The translations under genes were made by a program, and so were the position numbers. The notes below the pieces were generated by a model. That model was not told the DNA's origin. It was given only the letters and a program-made list of their open reading frames with translations, and did not search any database. From Camelus ferus (Eukaryota), in NCBI RefSeq assembly GCF_009834535.1, contig NC_045705.1:19406001-19470000 (forward strand): a DNA stretch of 64,000 nucleotides, read 5' to 3'. This document shows, in pieces, positions 1-11,730 of the stretch (positions are counted from its first letter, which is position 1; each line of letters begins with the position of its first letter).

Positions 1-124
1 CCTACCTTTTTTCCTTCAGGCTTTTCCAGGCTTGAATTTCCAGGCGATACTTCGCCTTTGTTCGGGGTCACCCTTCTCCATCCTTATTCCCTTACTATTG
101 GTGTCACCAGGAGTCAGTCCAGCT

Positions 125-270
125 CTGCCTTTGACCAGTTCTGTTTCGCTCTCTGAGCCTAAAGTTTCTCACCTCATTTTCCAGATCTGTAAGGTGGAAC
201 TCATGCTACCTGCCCATATCATAAAATTATTAGGAGGATTAAATGAATGTCCGTGAAAGGGCTTTGAAAG
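125..270 (+). mobile_element. MIR SINE fragment
   Basis: MIR core-like ctctctgagcctaaagtttctc...ctgtaaggtgg...ggaggattaaatga. Confidence 0.6.
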
Positions 271-339
271 TATAAATTTATTCCCAGTCTGGACTGTTTA
301 CCCGCCAAGCCTATGGAAAGGATGGGAAGCTGTTAAAAT

Positions 340-790
340 ATTAAATCTTAATCTTTATTCTGTGCTTTTGAAATGAACAGAGACTTCAGGTGACATAACA
401 AAGAACAATTTTATGTCAATATTGAAAAGACTGATATGCCCAAGCTTATTTTAAACATTACAGAGAAGATCATGAACCAAATGTGAAATTTTAAAATTTC
501 TAGAATATGGATGTTTTCTTCATTCAGAATTTGATGATTGTTTCAGAATTGGTGTGAAAATAAAGTTCCTATGAACACACTGATTTTCAAATATAGGCTA
601 ATAAGAACAAGAGAATAAACTCTGGCACTAATTTCGGCATTCTTTACCATATCCCCAACTTGTCTATTATGTAAGGTGTTATGATTTTTAGAGGTGTTTG
701 TAAAAGGCACAAGCTGAGAGCACCAACATAAAGCATTTTTGAATGTTCAAATGCTATTGGCAAAGGTCGACTAGCACCAGTCCCCTTCCT
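340..790. mobile_element. Possible old DNA-transposon (hAT-like) relic
   Basis: AT-rich, degenerate transposase-like texture; family not confidently recognised. Confidence 0.25.
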
Positions 791-869
791 GTCTTCCGCT
801 AAGCTTCTTTGGGCCGAGTTCCTTCAAGGTCACTTTGTAGTACAGGCAAGATATGCCTGGTAATAGTAG

Positions 870-953
870 GTAATGCTTATTGAATACTTATCATATTCTA
901 GCCACTTTGTCATTTTATGTCATTCCATCCTTATAATAAGACCACAAGGCAAA
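870..953 (-). mobile_element. MIR, left half (split by MLT1D)
   Basis: aatgcttattgaatacttatc...tcattccatccttataataag matches the MIR antisense 3' end; continues at 1796. Confidence 0.65.
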
Positions 954-1790
954 TGTGACAGGCTGAAAAGTGAACCTGTGAATGTTCCCCCATGTAGCAT
1001 AAAAGGGTCTTAGCAGATAAGAAAGTTATCTAGGTTGGCCCTGTATTAGAGACTATGGAGGCTGAAAAGTCCCATGACCTGCAGTCTGCAAGCTGAAGTC
1101 CCAGGCAAGGAGGTCGTGTAGTTCAGTCCAAGTCTGAAAGCCTGAGAACCAGGAGAACCAATGGTGTCAACCCCAGTTGGAGGGCCAGAAAAGGTGAGAT
1201 GGGATGTCCTAGCTCAGGCACTGAGGCAGGAAGAAAGGGGGAAATTCCTCCTTCCTTCACCTTTTGGCCTATTCAGGCCCTCAGTGAATTAGATGATGTC
1301 TATCTGTATTGAGAGGGCAGTTTACATCCCTAAGTCCACAAGTTCAAATGCTAGTCTCATCCAGAACTATCTGGGAGTGATGTGTCATCTGGATCCCTGA
1401 TGCCAGTCAATTGACACATAAAATTAATCATCACTGGCCCTGAATGTAGACACATGCATTCTTATAAGAGGGTAATAGAGGAGCAATTGATACACAGGAG
1501 AGGAGAAGGTGATGTGACCAAGGAGGCAGGGATTGGAGTGATGAGGCCACAAGCCAAGGAATGCCAGGAGCCACCAGATGCTCAAAAGGGGAAGGACCAG
1601 ATTTTCCTTTACAGCCTCTGGAGGGAATATGGCCCTGCAGACACCTTGATTTTAGCCTGGTGAGAAGACATTGGTCTTCTAGTCTCCAGAATTGTGGGAA
1701 TAAATTTCTGTTGTTTTAAACCACCAAGTTTGTAAACAAACAAACAAACAAACTTGTCTTGGTTTCTTGTGGCCATAGGATACTAATACA
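954..1790 (+). mobile_element. MLT1D-like MaLR solo LTR (interrupted by MLT2)
   Basis: TGTGACAGGCTGAA start, gccaaggaatgcc...gacaccttgattttagcc core, CTAATACA end; TSD gcaaa(949-953)/gcaga(1791-1795). Confidence 0.85.
1042..1435 (-). mobile_element. MLT2-like ERVL solo LTR nested in MLT1D
   Basis: tgtattag...ttgacacataaaattaatcatcac termini; TSD ggccc at 1037-1041 and 1436-1440. Confidence 0.85.
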
Positions 1791-1795
1791 GCAGA

Positions 1796-1935
1796 TATTA
1801 ATATCATCATACCCATGTGCAAATGGGGAAGCCAAATTTGGGGAAAGCCAAGAAACTAGACCAAAGTCACAAATAGCAGATTCAGGATTTGAACCCTGGA
1901 AATCAAGCTCCAGAGTCAGCACATTTAACCAGCGA
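1796..1935 (-). mobile_element. MIR, right half
   Basis: cccatgtgcaaatggggaagcc...ccaaagtcaca...ggatttgaaccc. Confidence 0.7.
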
Positions 1936-2499
1936 CCCCATGACAGTCCATAATAGCTCCGGTGAGTGCTCGTCCAACGTGTGGCTCCTGCTAGGACCAT
2001 GCACAGTATTATCACTCTTTCCAAACAGTGGTTTTTGAAGACCTTGGGATACAGAAAGTTTCTGCATTTCTGCTTTGAAACCACTCAGTGTTTGGGCACT
2101 GGAGAAATGCAACCACTACCCCCTTCCCTACCCACTTCTTAGTTTCCAGCAAAGTCTTTCAAGCTCTTACACACATTTAGGTTGAGGAGAATTTGTTAAG
2201 TGAGACATTGGATCCTGAACTGGCAGAAATTCACATCTCTGGTTACACCATTGGATTCGATGACAGTTTATTGTTGAGTCCTGTAATTAGTGATACTTGA
2301 GGGCCTGAATCTCCTGGCCTAAGCTATACCACACCAGGTTCTCCTTAGGTGAGAGGGAGAGCAACTGGCCCATGCAAACAGACCTGTGTATTACGTGCGG
2401 CAGGTATATCTGTGTGTTCTGTACGCATACCCGTATTTATAGACACACGCACTGCGGCTCACAAAGCAAGAGCCAAATAATAAGTAGTAGTGTGTGTTT

Positions 2500-2690
2500 A
2501 GTGATTAGCACCTCCTGAGCACATCTTATGTCCCAGCGTCTTTGCACACATTTGATTCTCACAATAATCTTGTGAAGTAGTTACTGTCTCTTTTTTTTGA
2601 GATTTGAAACTTCCCAAGATCACCAGAGGAGGGGATATTTAAAATCAGGTTTGTCTTGCAAACCGTATGCTTCCAGTGACTGAACTTTTC
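2500..2690 (-). mobile_element. MIR fragment
   Basis: tttgattctcacaataatcttgtgaagtag...cccaagatcac. Confidence 0.55.
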
Positions 2691-2740
2691 TGCCTTTCTA
2701 TTTTGCTTCCTTACAAGATGTTTATTAGGGGTTCCATGCA

Positions 2741-2771
<31 letters not shown>

Positions 2772-2773
2772 GT
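2741..2773 (+). repeat. (TG)n microsatellite
   Basis: about 16 TG units with one CG interruption. Confidence 0.95.
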
Positions 2774-4169
2774 AAGGGGTGGGGGAGACTGTTGTGTGAT
2801 TACTATGAAGAAATGAAAGGCAGAAATTCTGGTTTCTCATCATGATTTGGTGGAAAACTTTGACATGTTGCTTGATATACTCTATGTTTTCAAGAAGTGG
2901 GTAATACAGTGTCAGTCTCAAAAACAAAGATTTCTTGAGATCAGTTGTGATTCCAATCAATGAAAATGTACCTAGTTAAAACTTAGGAGAGATTTCTCAG
3001 TTTCTTTGCCAAGAAAGAAAATAAAGCATTTCCCCATCATGAATACCGAATGTGAAATTGTCTTAGAAATGATTCTTTGGGTGTGAGGAATAGACACCCA
3101 CTAAACCAGTTGAAACACAGAAGATGTATGAGGAAACACAGGTGTTTACCTGAGCCCAGAACGATGCAGTGGGCTATCAGGAGAAAACGCATCCACTGTA
3201 CCCCCAACTCTTAGAATAATTCCCAGTTCAAATAAATAATTGCTAAACGGAAGAATGAATGAGGCTCTAAATTTCTGGGGGATAGAATCCGATTTGCTTA
3301 GCTTGGGTCCTATCAGTTTTGGCCTGGGGGCAGGATTATATGGGGCCCTGGTGGAAGGAGGGCATATATAGAGTGCTCAGAGAGGGAGGAGTGCGGATGG
3401 AGACGACACCCCAAAATACGCCTTTTAAAGAAGTATTGAGTACCTCATCTTGAGGGAGCTGCTGAGCCTCCTTGTCAAGTGTCACAACATGGCCCTGTTA
3501 GGGAAAGCAACTATAAAATTGGGAAAGGTAGAGGCGGTTGAACAGAAAAATCATTTTGATCGTATTTTATTTTTATACTTTTTTACTTTAGAACATTAGA
3601 ACAATGGAAATATTCTGATATTATGATGGAAATACTTCCTGATGTATGGAACTGACCAACCCTGTTAAAAGCTGTTTCGTCTGCCATTCCGTAGGGAGAG
3701 AGTTGTTGAGGTACCACTTTACAAGGTGAAGACTGAAGTGAGGGTCAGTGTTTGGGGCAGAAAAACCTGATGGATAAACTGCAGACTTTGGCCAGAACTT
3801 TAGAAACCACCTGACTCTGGCCCTGCTTGGGGGAAAAGCCCAGCTTCTAAGAGCATAAAGAGACCCTTCCCGGTTGGGCCACTGTCCACCTTCCTGGCTC
3901 ACCTGTCTTTGTCCACCCTGCCCCCCATCCTCAGCATGTCCACCATTGCTCAAGCCACACTAAAGTCTCCTCTTTCCCCAAACCTGCCTGCTCTTTCACA
4001 CCCCAGTGCCTTATCTCAAGATTTTCCCCGCGCGTGGATGTCCTTTTTCTTATCCTTTGGGTGAATGCCTACTTACCTTCACACTTAGTCAGCCATAAAG
4101 TCTCCGACCTTCTCCCTGCCTCCTCCAGTCCCCTCACTCCTTATATTCTCTTCTTTACTATAGAAAGAG

Positions 4170-4565
4170 AGAACTACATTTCCAGAAACTCTTGCAGTAA
4201 GCTAAAGTATGCGACCAAGTTTCCATCAGTGGCTTTACTCACCTGACATATGGAGGTAGCTGTGAGCAAAAAAGATGGAGGCTACATTTGGGAAGGCCGT
4301 CCTGGTGAGCATGATGGTGGAAGCATCTGGCTCTTCTGGGGGCAGCATTGCTGTGTTCAGTCTCTGGCATCATAGGGGGTGTGGAAGCGAGGAAACCTCT
4401 AGAACTGTCCTGTGGCGTGGATAGTAAGGTGCTTTTTTCTGGATGTATAGCATCCAAGCCTGACCCTCCCAGACATTCTGTCATCTGCGCAATATCCTCT
4501 AGCAAACTGCTTTCTGCTTTAACTGTGGAGGATTCTTTTGTTGGCAAAAGAAACCCCTTACTATT
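4170..4565 (+). mobile_element. MLT1(G/H/I)-like MaLR LTR
   Basis: gaactacatttccagaaactcttgcag start motif; aaactgctttctgctttaactg...aaacccttacta end motif. Confidence 0.6.
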
Positions 4566-5167
4566 ACTGCACCCCAGCACAGATTCTAGATGTGAATAAG
4601 CCTCGGGTTGCCAGTGCCTTAGGTGTGGTAAGTACTCAATAAACAGATGAATGGGAGAGTGGATGGATGTGTCTCAAAAGGAGATGCCTCATTCCCTAGG
4701 TTCCAGGGTAGGTATGGGAAAGCTCTTGATGAAAGTAACATGAATTGAATTTGAAGAGACAGAGCTGAGTGGTAAGGGCATGAGGAAACCAGGAGGAAGC
4801 TGAGGGAAAGCAGCTTTCGCTCCTGCCAGACGGAGCACAGGAGCAGCTTTCGTTTGGAGCAAGGTCATGCTGTGCCTACACACACCATATCGATTCGCTA
4901 TCTCCAGCAGAAAAATACCTGGTTAATTTCAAAGGCAACGGCTAACCCCGATGCTCGATGGTGTGCTGACTAAATACGCAGTGGGCTGACAGAACCTTAT
5001 TGAATGGCTGGGTTGGTGGCCCATCAATATACAGTCCCAGAGACCCAGCCAAGTAGAAGAGTGTGAATTGGAGATGAGACTGGGTCTGAGGAGTGCACGA
5101 GGGCTGAGCAAGTCTTGAGGTGATGGGAGGAAATGAAGGGAAATGTGGCTTTCACATTGTGGTGTGT

Positions 5168-5171
<4 letters not shown>

Positions 5172-5202
<31 letters not shown>
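5172..5202 (+). repeat. (TG)15 microsatellite
   Basis: direct reading. Confidence 0.95.
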
Positions 5203-5205
<3 letters not shown>

Positions 5206-6170
5206 GTGTGGCAAAGAGATTGATTGTCAGTATTATTGTACATTGTAGCTAATATATGCATAGATGGAGCCATCACCACTGTATTTTATGACAGTAGTCA
5301 CCGAATTCTCTGGTCCACCCACCCCCAGTCCTCAGATGGATCTCAGGAGAGACAGGCCAAATGGAGGATAGTGGGGAGTCCCTGGGCACCAATGGTCAGT
5401 GGGATGGCTCAGATCCCTTGTGCCCGCTATCAACTACTTCTGTCTATAATCCTTCACTCAGGACTTAACTTCTCAAAGGGCATTTTTGAGAGTAAATTGC
5501 TCTCACCCTGGAAAAATACCTAATCTTAACAAAAGCTGAGGAATGGGAGGATTTCACCTGACGGTGCAATTCAGAGGAAGCAGTTGCTTTATGAGATCGG
5601 TCTGCAGGTGACAGGACCCCCAGGAGCAGGTCAGGACACCAGGGAACAGAGTCTAGCCCTTAGAAGAAGGGAGCTGGGCCCTAGTCCCATGTGGATTCAG
5701 GCTGAGGGTCTCAGTCTCTGGCAGAAATCAAAATGACTGGTAGGTAACCCCAAGACTCAAGGCCCCTCAGCTGGTTCCTTGTACACAGGAACTGATAGCT
5801 AGATTTGGGGAGTGGTTAAGAGTTCCAGAGTGAGGCACTGGGAGGAGGCCATGGGTCTCACCTGGGGAAGACGAAGGAGGAGGGAGTAAGGCGAGAATTG
5901 GCATGGGTCATAAACGGCTGCTCCAGGAGGGCTCAGCTGCGGCCTCAGCCAGCACGTGCCTCCCCTGTGGAGCCCTGTGGGCCAATTTTGCAACTTGGGG
6001 TTTGATCCAGACTGTTCATTTAGAGGTCCATGTACTTTCAGGGGCTTGTAAACTTCTTAAATTGTGGCAAAACTTTGTTTGCCAGGGAAGTTGCAGAGGC
6101 CCAGCTGGTTACCCTGTAATGGAGGCTCCGCAGCTTTGCTGCCCATCTTCATGGCTTGCTTGCCTGTGCT

Positions 6171-6207
6171 CATGTGTGCGTGCATGCGTGTGTGTGTGTG
6201 TGTGTGT
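6171..6207 (+). repeat. Alternating purine-pyrimidine/(TG)n tract
   Basis: catgtgtgcgtgcatgcgtgtgtg... uninterrupted alternation for 37 bp. Confidence 0.9.
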
Positions 6208-6597
6208 TTCTGCAATCCATTTCTTTTCCCCGGAGACCGCACCTTCTCCACAGTAGGTGCTGATTTCCCTGATTTCAGTCATCTTCTCTGGGCCATAGGT
6301 GCTTTCTTTGTTTCAGCCCCTGCCGATTTGCCTCTGTGCGCATCCAGGCTCTCGCTGACAGCTTCCACCACGTCTGCACACGGTCCGCACTTCTGCTGCT
6401 CCATGGTTCATTCCCAACTCCTGACTGTCTTCTCCATGGGGGGACTGTTCATTTCACTGCAGAAACCCTCTTGTGCAGGAGGGAAATGAACTGGCTTCTT
6501 GGCATAGAGCTGCTAAAAAGACCCACGTTCTTCCTTTTAGGATGGAAAACACATTTATTTCCTTGTATCTCATCTCGATTCCTAGGCCCTGATTACA

Positions 6598-6736
6598 TAG
6601 GGTTGCCAGATTTAGCCGATAAAAATACAGGACACCCCATTAAATCTGAATATTTAGGACATACATCAAAAATTGTTTTTTGTTTACCTAAATTTAAAAT
6701 ATAACTGAGTATCCCACATTTTATCCGGCAATTCAT
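6598..6736. mobile_element. MER53-like hAT MITE, internally deleted
   Basis: agggttgccagatttagc...aaaatacagga start and inverted ...cattttatccggcaat end. Confidence 0.75.
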
Positions 6737-6798
6737 ATACCTGCAGCAAAGCAGTTGAATTTTAAGGTAGTCAAAAGAATACGGGAACATTGAGTTTT

Positions 6799-6815
6799 AC
6801 ACACACACACACACA

Positions 6816-6861
<46 letters not shown>
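6799..6861 (+). repeat. (AC)~31 microsatellite
   Basis: direct reading, one TC interruption. Confidence 0.95.
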
Positions 6862-6863
<2 letters not shown>

Positions 6864-6914
6864 GAGCCTGAACGTACTAGGGCAAAGACTGCTATTTGTC
6901 ATCCAACATCCTTT

Positions 6915-7333
6915 TTCCTCTTTCTTTTAGTAATAGAACGTCTGAATTTATTTGAGCACAGGAAGAGAGAAAGGAGTATGTTACTCAGCCTTTCTCACAG
7001 TGATAAGTTGCCAGAGGGATAGGAGTGGAAGTGATGTGCACAACTTCAGGGTCATGTCTTTAAGGGAAAGGGGCATGCTCTCCACTCCCCTTTCTCTCTC
7101 ACTGCCTGGAACATAGGTGTGGTGGCAGGAGCTAGGGCAGCTATCTTAGGATATGAGTTAGAAGCTATGTGTTGAGTTTGGGAGAGCAACTAAATAGAAG
7201 GAATCCTAACATCATACTGGTCCTGCCTGCTTACATCCAGACTGTTAGGTGTGAGAGCAATAATCCAACCTTTAAAAGCCACTATTAATTTGGCATTTGT
7301 AGGAGCAGCCTAACTGACATTCTAACTATCACA
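6915..7333 (+). mobile_element. MLT1(H/J)-like MaLR LTR
   Basis: ggaagtgatgtgcacaacttc, ggagctagggcagctatctt, aagccactatt...ctaactatcaca. Confidence 0.7.
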
Positions 7334-7439
7334 AGTATCGTTATTAATTTTGAGGACACAATTAATAATTCCAGGAGACCAGATTTGAGAAGTGTTCTGC
7401 AGGCAGCCACGTTTTCATGTGTCCAGATTTTCCCTGCCG

Positions 7440-7620
7440 CTTGTTCCAGAGCAGCCATCAGAGACTGACCTGGGGAGCGTGTTAAAATTCACATTCCATG
7501 GCTCCACCCTCTGGGATGCCAAACTAGTAAGTCTGGCATGAGCCAGGAAACTAGCGTTTGCAAAATATCCCAGGACCCTCTGATGCAGGCAGTTTGGGGG
7601 GCATATGTTGAGAACCACTA
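7440..7620. mobile_element. MER5A-like hAT-Charlie
   Basis: gttaaaattcacattccatggctccaccc...gttgagaaccact. Confidence 0.7.
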
Positions 7621-8254
7621 TGCTTGGAGCCCTCCACAGTGCTGGGCTTCTGGGAAATACTTTAGTGAATTAACTCGGGGAGCTTCTTAATTGCTTCAAA
7701 TGCTGTTGATGGTGGTATTTAACAATCTAGAAACAGTGCCTTAGAAATGAATACTTAGCAATATTTGATGGGACACTCAGTGAGATGCAGACATTTAGAA
7801 AGTTACGAAGCTTTACTCCATATGGCCTGTAAATTCCACATATATGCACTAATTCGGTAGCAAGACATAATTAAACTATTTGGAGTGATGATTGAAAAAT
7901 AAATATTTTAAGGGGCAAGGCGGGCAAAATTTAAACACTCCACTCCTCATGCTCATTTCTTTAGTTTCCAATGTTGACTGAGGAGTCGGGGTAATTACAA
8001 GTGTTAATAATGCTTGATAATTATATATTTGCCTGGGTTTACATTGGACATGAAATGCGGGAACTCATTTTGTAAGCAAACCCTCATGGATGTCCTTCCG
8101 CAGAGAGGCCTTCGAGAATGAATTTCATCTCACAACGAAGCAACAACCAAAGCTAATTGTGACACGAACCACAGGAGGAGAACAATTAGGGATAAACTTT
8201 CAGCCCAAGTGACTGAGATGGGGTCTGGAGAGAGGATAAAAATGCCAACTAGCC

Positions 8255-8630
8255 AGGTAAGTAGCAGACATTTTTTGAGCATCTCTGTCTGTGCAAGGGC
8301 CCTATGCAAGGCACTGTGGGGGACGAGGAGGGGGAGGAAAGGGCAGAGAGATGTTTAAGATGCAGGATCTTATAATGTACCTGGGAGGCATGTCATGTCT
8401 GACAGGAAAGTGCCACGCTAAGCAGTGTGGGATTAGTGCCAAATCAGTACATTTGGAACTCCCTGATGGAGACATTGGAGAGGGTGGGGACAGCCAGAAG
8501 CTTCTTCAGGCAGGCAGCACACAGATGCCAGTCAACAAATATGACCCTTTCTGGGTGTTAGAGATACAGGAATGATCAAGACAGAGTCCCTCTAGTCAAG
8601 GGGCTCCCACTCTAGTGGAGGGAGGTACAT
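8255..8630 (-). mobile_element. L2 3' fragments
   Basis: ttttttgagcatctct...caaggcactgtgggg; gatcaagacagagtccctctagtc. Confidence 0.55.
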
Positions 8631-8789
8631 CATAAATGATCTTAGAGTACTATTATTAGATGGAAATATAGACTTATTAATCCATGTTTATTATTTATTA
8701 AAAATATATAATTGATAAATAAGTTAGATATTCTCTGACACCAATAAGAGATGTGGAGAAGCTACGGTAAGATAAAGTGGTAACGGTGG

Positions 8790-9170
8790 GCAGAGCTGGG
8801 TGTGGGCGGGGTGGCGGGGTGGTAGTCCAGGAGGCTCTCTGAAGAGGGGATGTCTGCATCCAGCCCTGAAGGAAGAAAGGGTGGCGGCATGTGGAGAGCT
8901 GTGAGGAGCAGGACCAGCAAGCAACCCTGGGTGGGATGGAGAGGGCTTGTTTGAAGGACCGGAGGAGAAGGTCTGCAGTGGCTGTGGTGGGAGCTGGTAA
9001 GGGAGGGAGCGTGGGTGGAGATGAGGCTGGGTAAACAGGGCTTTGACGCTGGGGAAGGGAGTTTAGGTTTTGTTCTAAGGATGAAGCCTATGGTTGAGTC
9101 TTGGGAGAGAAGTGACAGGTTATCATTTATGTGTTTTTTAAAAACCACTCTGGGGGCAGTACAGGGTGGC
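8790..9170 (-). mobile_element. L2 fragment
   Basis: ggaggctctctgaagagggga...ggttttgttctaagg...agaagtgacaggttatcatttatgtgttttt. Confidence 0.65.
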
Positions 9171-9289
9171 AGGGTAGACACTGGGGCACAGGCCCAGAGC
9201 TGGGAGGGGCTCTTTTGTGGTCCAGGTTGCCCCACTGCCCTGGGCCTGGAAGGATGTGACTGGAAGAGGCAGGGAGGGGCCCAGCCAGC

Positions 9290-9730
9290 GCAGGAGCTGG
9301 GAAAGGAGGAGCGGGCAGGCAGCGGTGGCGGTGGCTGTGGAGGGGTGGCCACGAAGGCAAGGCCAGTGCCGTCAGGCTCCTTTGGCAAGGTGCTCTCCAG
9401 CCTGGTGTGAGTCTAACGTGAGTGGCCGATGTCCTCAGACCTCTGTGGGGACGCGGTCAGCACTGCAGGTCCAGGGCACAGAGGGGCGCAGGGGAGCAAA
9501 GCCAGCCGGTAGAGGGCCCGGGAGGTGCGGGCGGGACAGGAGGCGCTCTTCCTCTTTCAGCACCTCCGCGTGCCGGGCAGGCCCTGCTGCAGAGTCCTGG
9601 CCCTCACACAGCCCCATGGCCAGGGGCCAAGCGAGGGGGACACCCACCGCCACGCTCCTAACCAGCAGCCCAGTCTCCATGCTGGTCCGCAGTTCCCCAC
9701 CCCCCGCATCCACTCCTCCACCGCTGCTGT
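9290..9730. promoter_or_regulatory. GC-rich, CpG-enriched island-like segment
   Basis: about 24 CpG in about 430 bp of GC-rich sequence not recognised as a repeat. Confidence 0.4.
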
Positions 9731-10447
9731 TTTCCCCACACTTCTCTTTCTGACACTCTTTTCGCTGTCCTCCTCACCACAAATATATTTTTAAAAAGTG
9801 AACTCTTCAATATTGAAAGCAACCATGAAAAATTAAAAATAAAATGAGATGTTTGTCTTTGGGGCACATCTATCCTCTAGGCAGGGGAGAGGCATTTCCA
9901 CACACGTCCACTGAGTTTTGCACACATTAGCCCATGAGCCCTCACAAGGCTAGGCGGGGTCTCCATTTTGGAAGGCGTTGAGTGACTTGCTCAGCAGCAT
10001 ACAGCTAATGGGTAGAAATTGTCCTGGGTCCCACATTAACACCTCTGCTGGGTTTTGGCCTTCCCTCAGCAGTCCATGGGCGCTTTCCCAAGATGTCTCC
10101 TTGCCTTTCTTGTTGCCTATAACACTGGCTACAAAACTTAACCCTTTAGCCCTACTCCTACCTGAGTTGTGCCACAGGGACATGTGTCTCTGTCCTTCTG
10201 GTCCCTCCAGCCTGAAAATGGGAAATAACTATGGCTCCCAGTGCCTTCCTGCCTTCCACATGTTCTGGCCTTCAGCTTCTCTGACATGTTCAAGGACAAA
10301 CCAAGGGGTTCCACACTTTGTTCCTGTGAGAGCACAGGATCACCTACACACATACCTACATACATACATACAGGATTTAATTCTACAGAATTAAAAACAA
10401 ATAAACATGTGGTCAAACAAACCAACCATTCCGGTCTGTTGGAACTG

Positions 10448-10900
10448 CTGCATTATAAGTAACTCCAAACCGAGCTGTGTGAAGTAACAGCCATGTGGTT
10501 ATGCTTGTGGTCTCTGTGGTTCAAGAGTTTGGACAGGGCACAGGAGGGGAGAGTGTATTTACTCTCTAATTATCTGGGGCGTCAGCGGAGAAGACTTGAA
10601 TGACTGGAGGTAACTCGAACAGCTGGGGACTGAAGTCACCTGGCACCTGGGCTGGGCTCAGCTGTTGGCCAGCGTATGTTACCCCTGGCCACTCCATGTG
10701 GCCTGGGCTTCCTCACAACATGGCATCTTACTTGCACATCCAAGTCTCCAAAAACAAATGTTCTGGGGCACAAGATGCGAGCGGCGTGGCCGCTTGTGAC
10801 CCAGACTCAGACACAGTGTCACATGTGACATACTCTGATGTTTCAAAGAGTCTCAGGTTGCCCAGGTTCAAGGAGAAGTGACATAGACTCCACATTTCAA
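10448..10900 (-). mobile_element. MLT1(F/H)-like MaLR LTR
   Basis: gtttggacagggcacag, ccactccatgtggcctgggcttcctcacaacatggc, gcccaggttcaaggagaag. Confidence 0.75.
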
Positions 10901-11189
10901 TAGAAAAAAAAAATCTGTGGATGTATTTTAAATCAGACATCCAAGTAAATAAAAAAAAATTTTTTTTAACTCTATAATTTTTTAATTCCTCTGGAAAGTC
11001 TCCAAAGCCTGGACAGCATTTCCTAATCTTTCCCACACAAAGACCTTGCCTACTTAAAACAAAGCAGAAATCCCCTAAAGAAAATACCTCTTGTCTTTGT
11101 AAGAATAGCACACACTCATAGCAGATATTTGAGTACAGCTCAACACAAAGAACTGAGCATGGTATAAGTAATACAAAATATTCTTGAGA

Positions 11190-11370
11190 TAACCACTAAT
11201 TTTTGAAGAATATCCTTTCAGATATTTGTCTATGCATATACTCACGTAAATATGTGAGTATTTATATAAATTCCATTTATATAAAAGATCATATCATTGA
11301 GCTCTTTTGCAGTGTATTCTCTTTTTTCCACTCAAGATGATGTTTATTTTTCTATGTTGCATCAGAAACT
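11190..11370 (-). mobile_element. Old L1 (L1ME-like) 3' fragment
   Basis: AT-rich tataaaagatcatatcattgagctc...ttttttccactcaag. Confidence 0.45.
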
Positions 11371-11524
11371 TGGTTTCTTAGCCAGAAGCTATTGGCCATT
11401 TCTTCCTTCCTCAAAGGATCTCTGTTTTAATTCAGGCATCCATCCTTCTTTTGAGCGGCAACTTGTTTCTGGGAAGACAGACTCAGTCTCCAATCTCCAG
11501 GGTAAAAGATGATTTGGGCTTAGC

Positions 11525-11730
11525 TAACGTAGCAGTTCATTCTCCTGGCTGGTGACTAGAATAACAATGGAATGTGACAGAACTCTGGCTAAAATGAAGG
11601 CGAGACTGGTGGCAGGTTTTGGGGAATGGGTTTCCCTGATGATACAAAAAGACACTTTGGAACACCCTCAGCTTCTGCCATGGATGGTCGTTCCTACTTG
11701 GGGTGCCTAAAACTACAGCAGCTTCAGTGG
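11525..11730 (+). mobile_element. MLT1-like LTR fragment
   Basis: ggaatgtgacagaactctggctaaaatga...cctaaaactacagcagc. Confidence 0.5.

Noticed and set aside
8762-9794. Cluster of overlapping ORFs up to 208 aa
   Set aside because: They partly overlap L2 and are open on both strands because of high GC; no homology recognised.
10817-10830. 14-bp palindrome TGTCACATGTGACA
   Set aside because: About 4 are expected by chance in 64 kb, and it lies inside an MLT1 LTR.
11238-11261. ATACTCAC/GTGAGTAT hairpin
   Set aside because: Short stem inside an AT-rich L1 relic; chance level.
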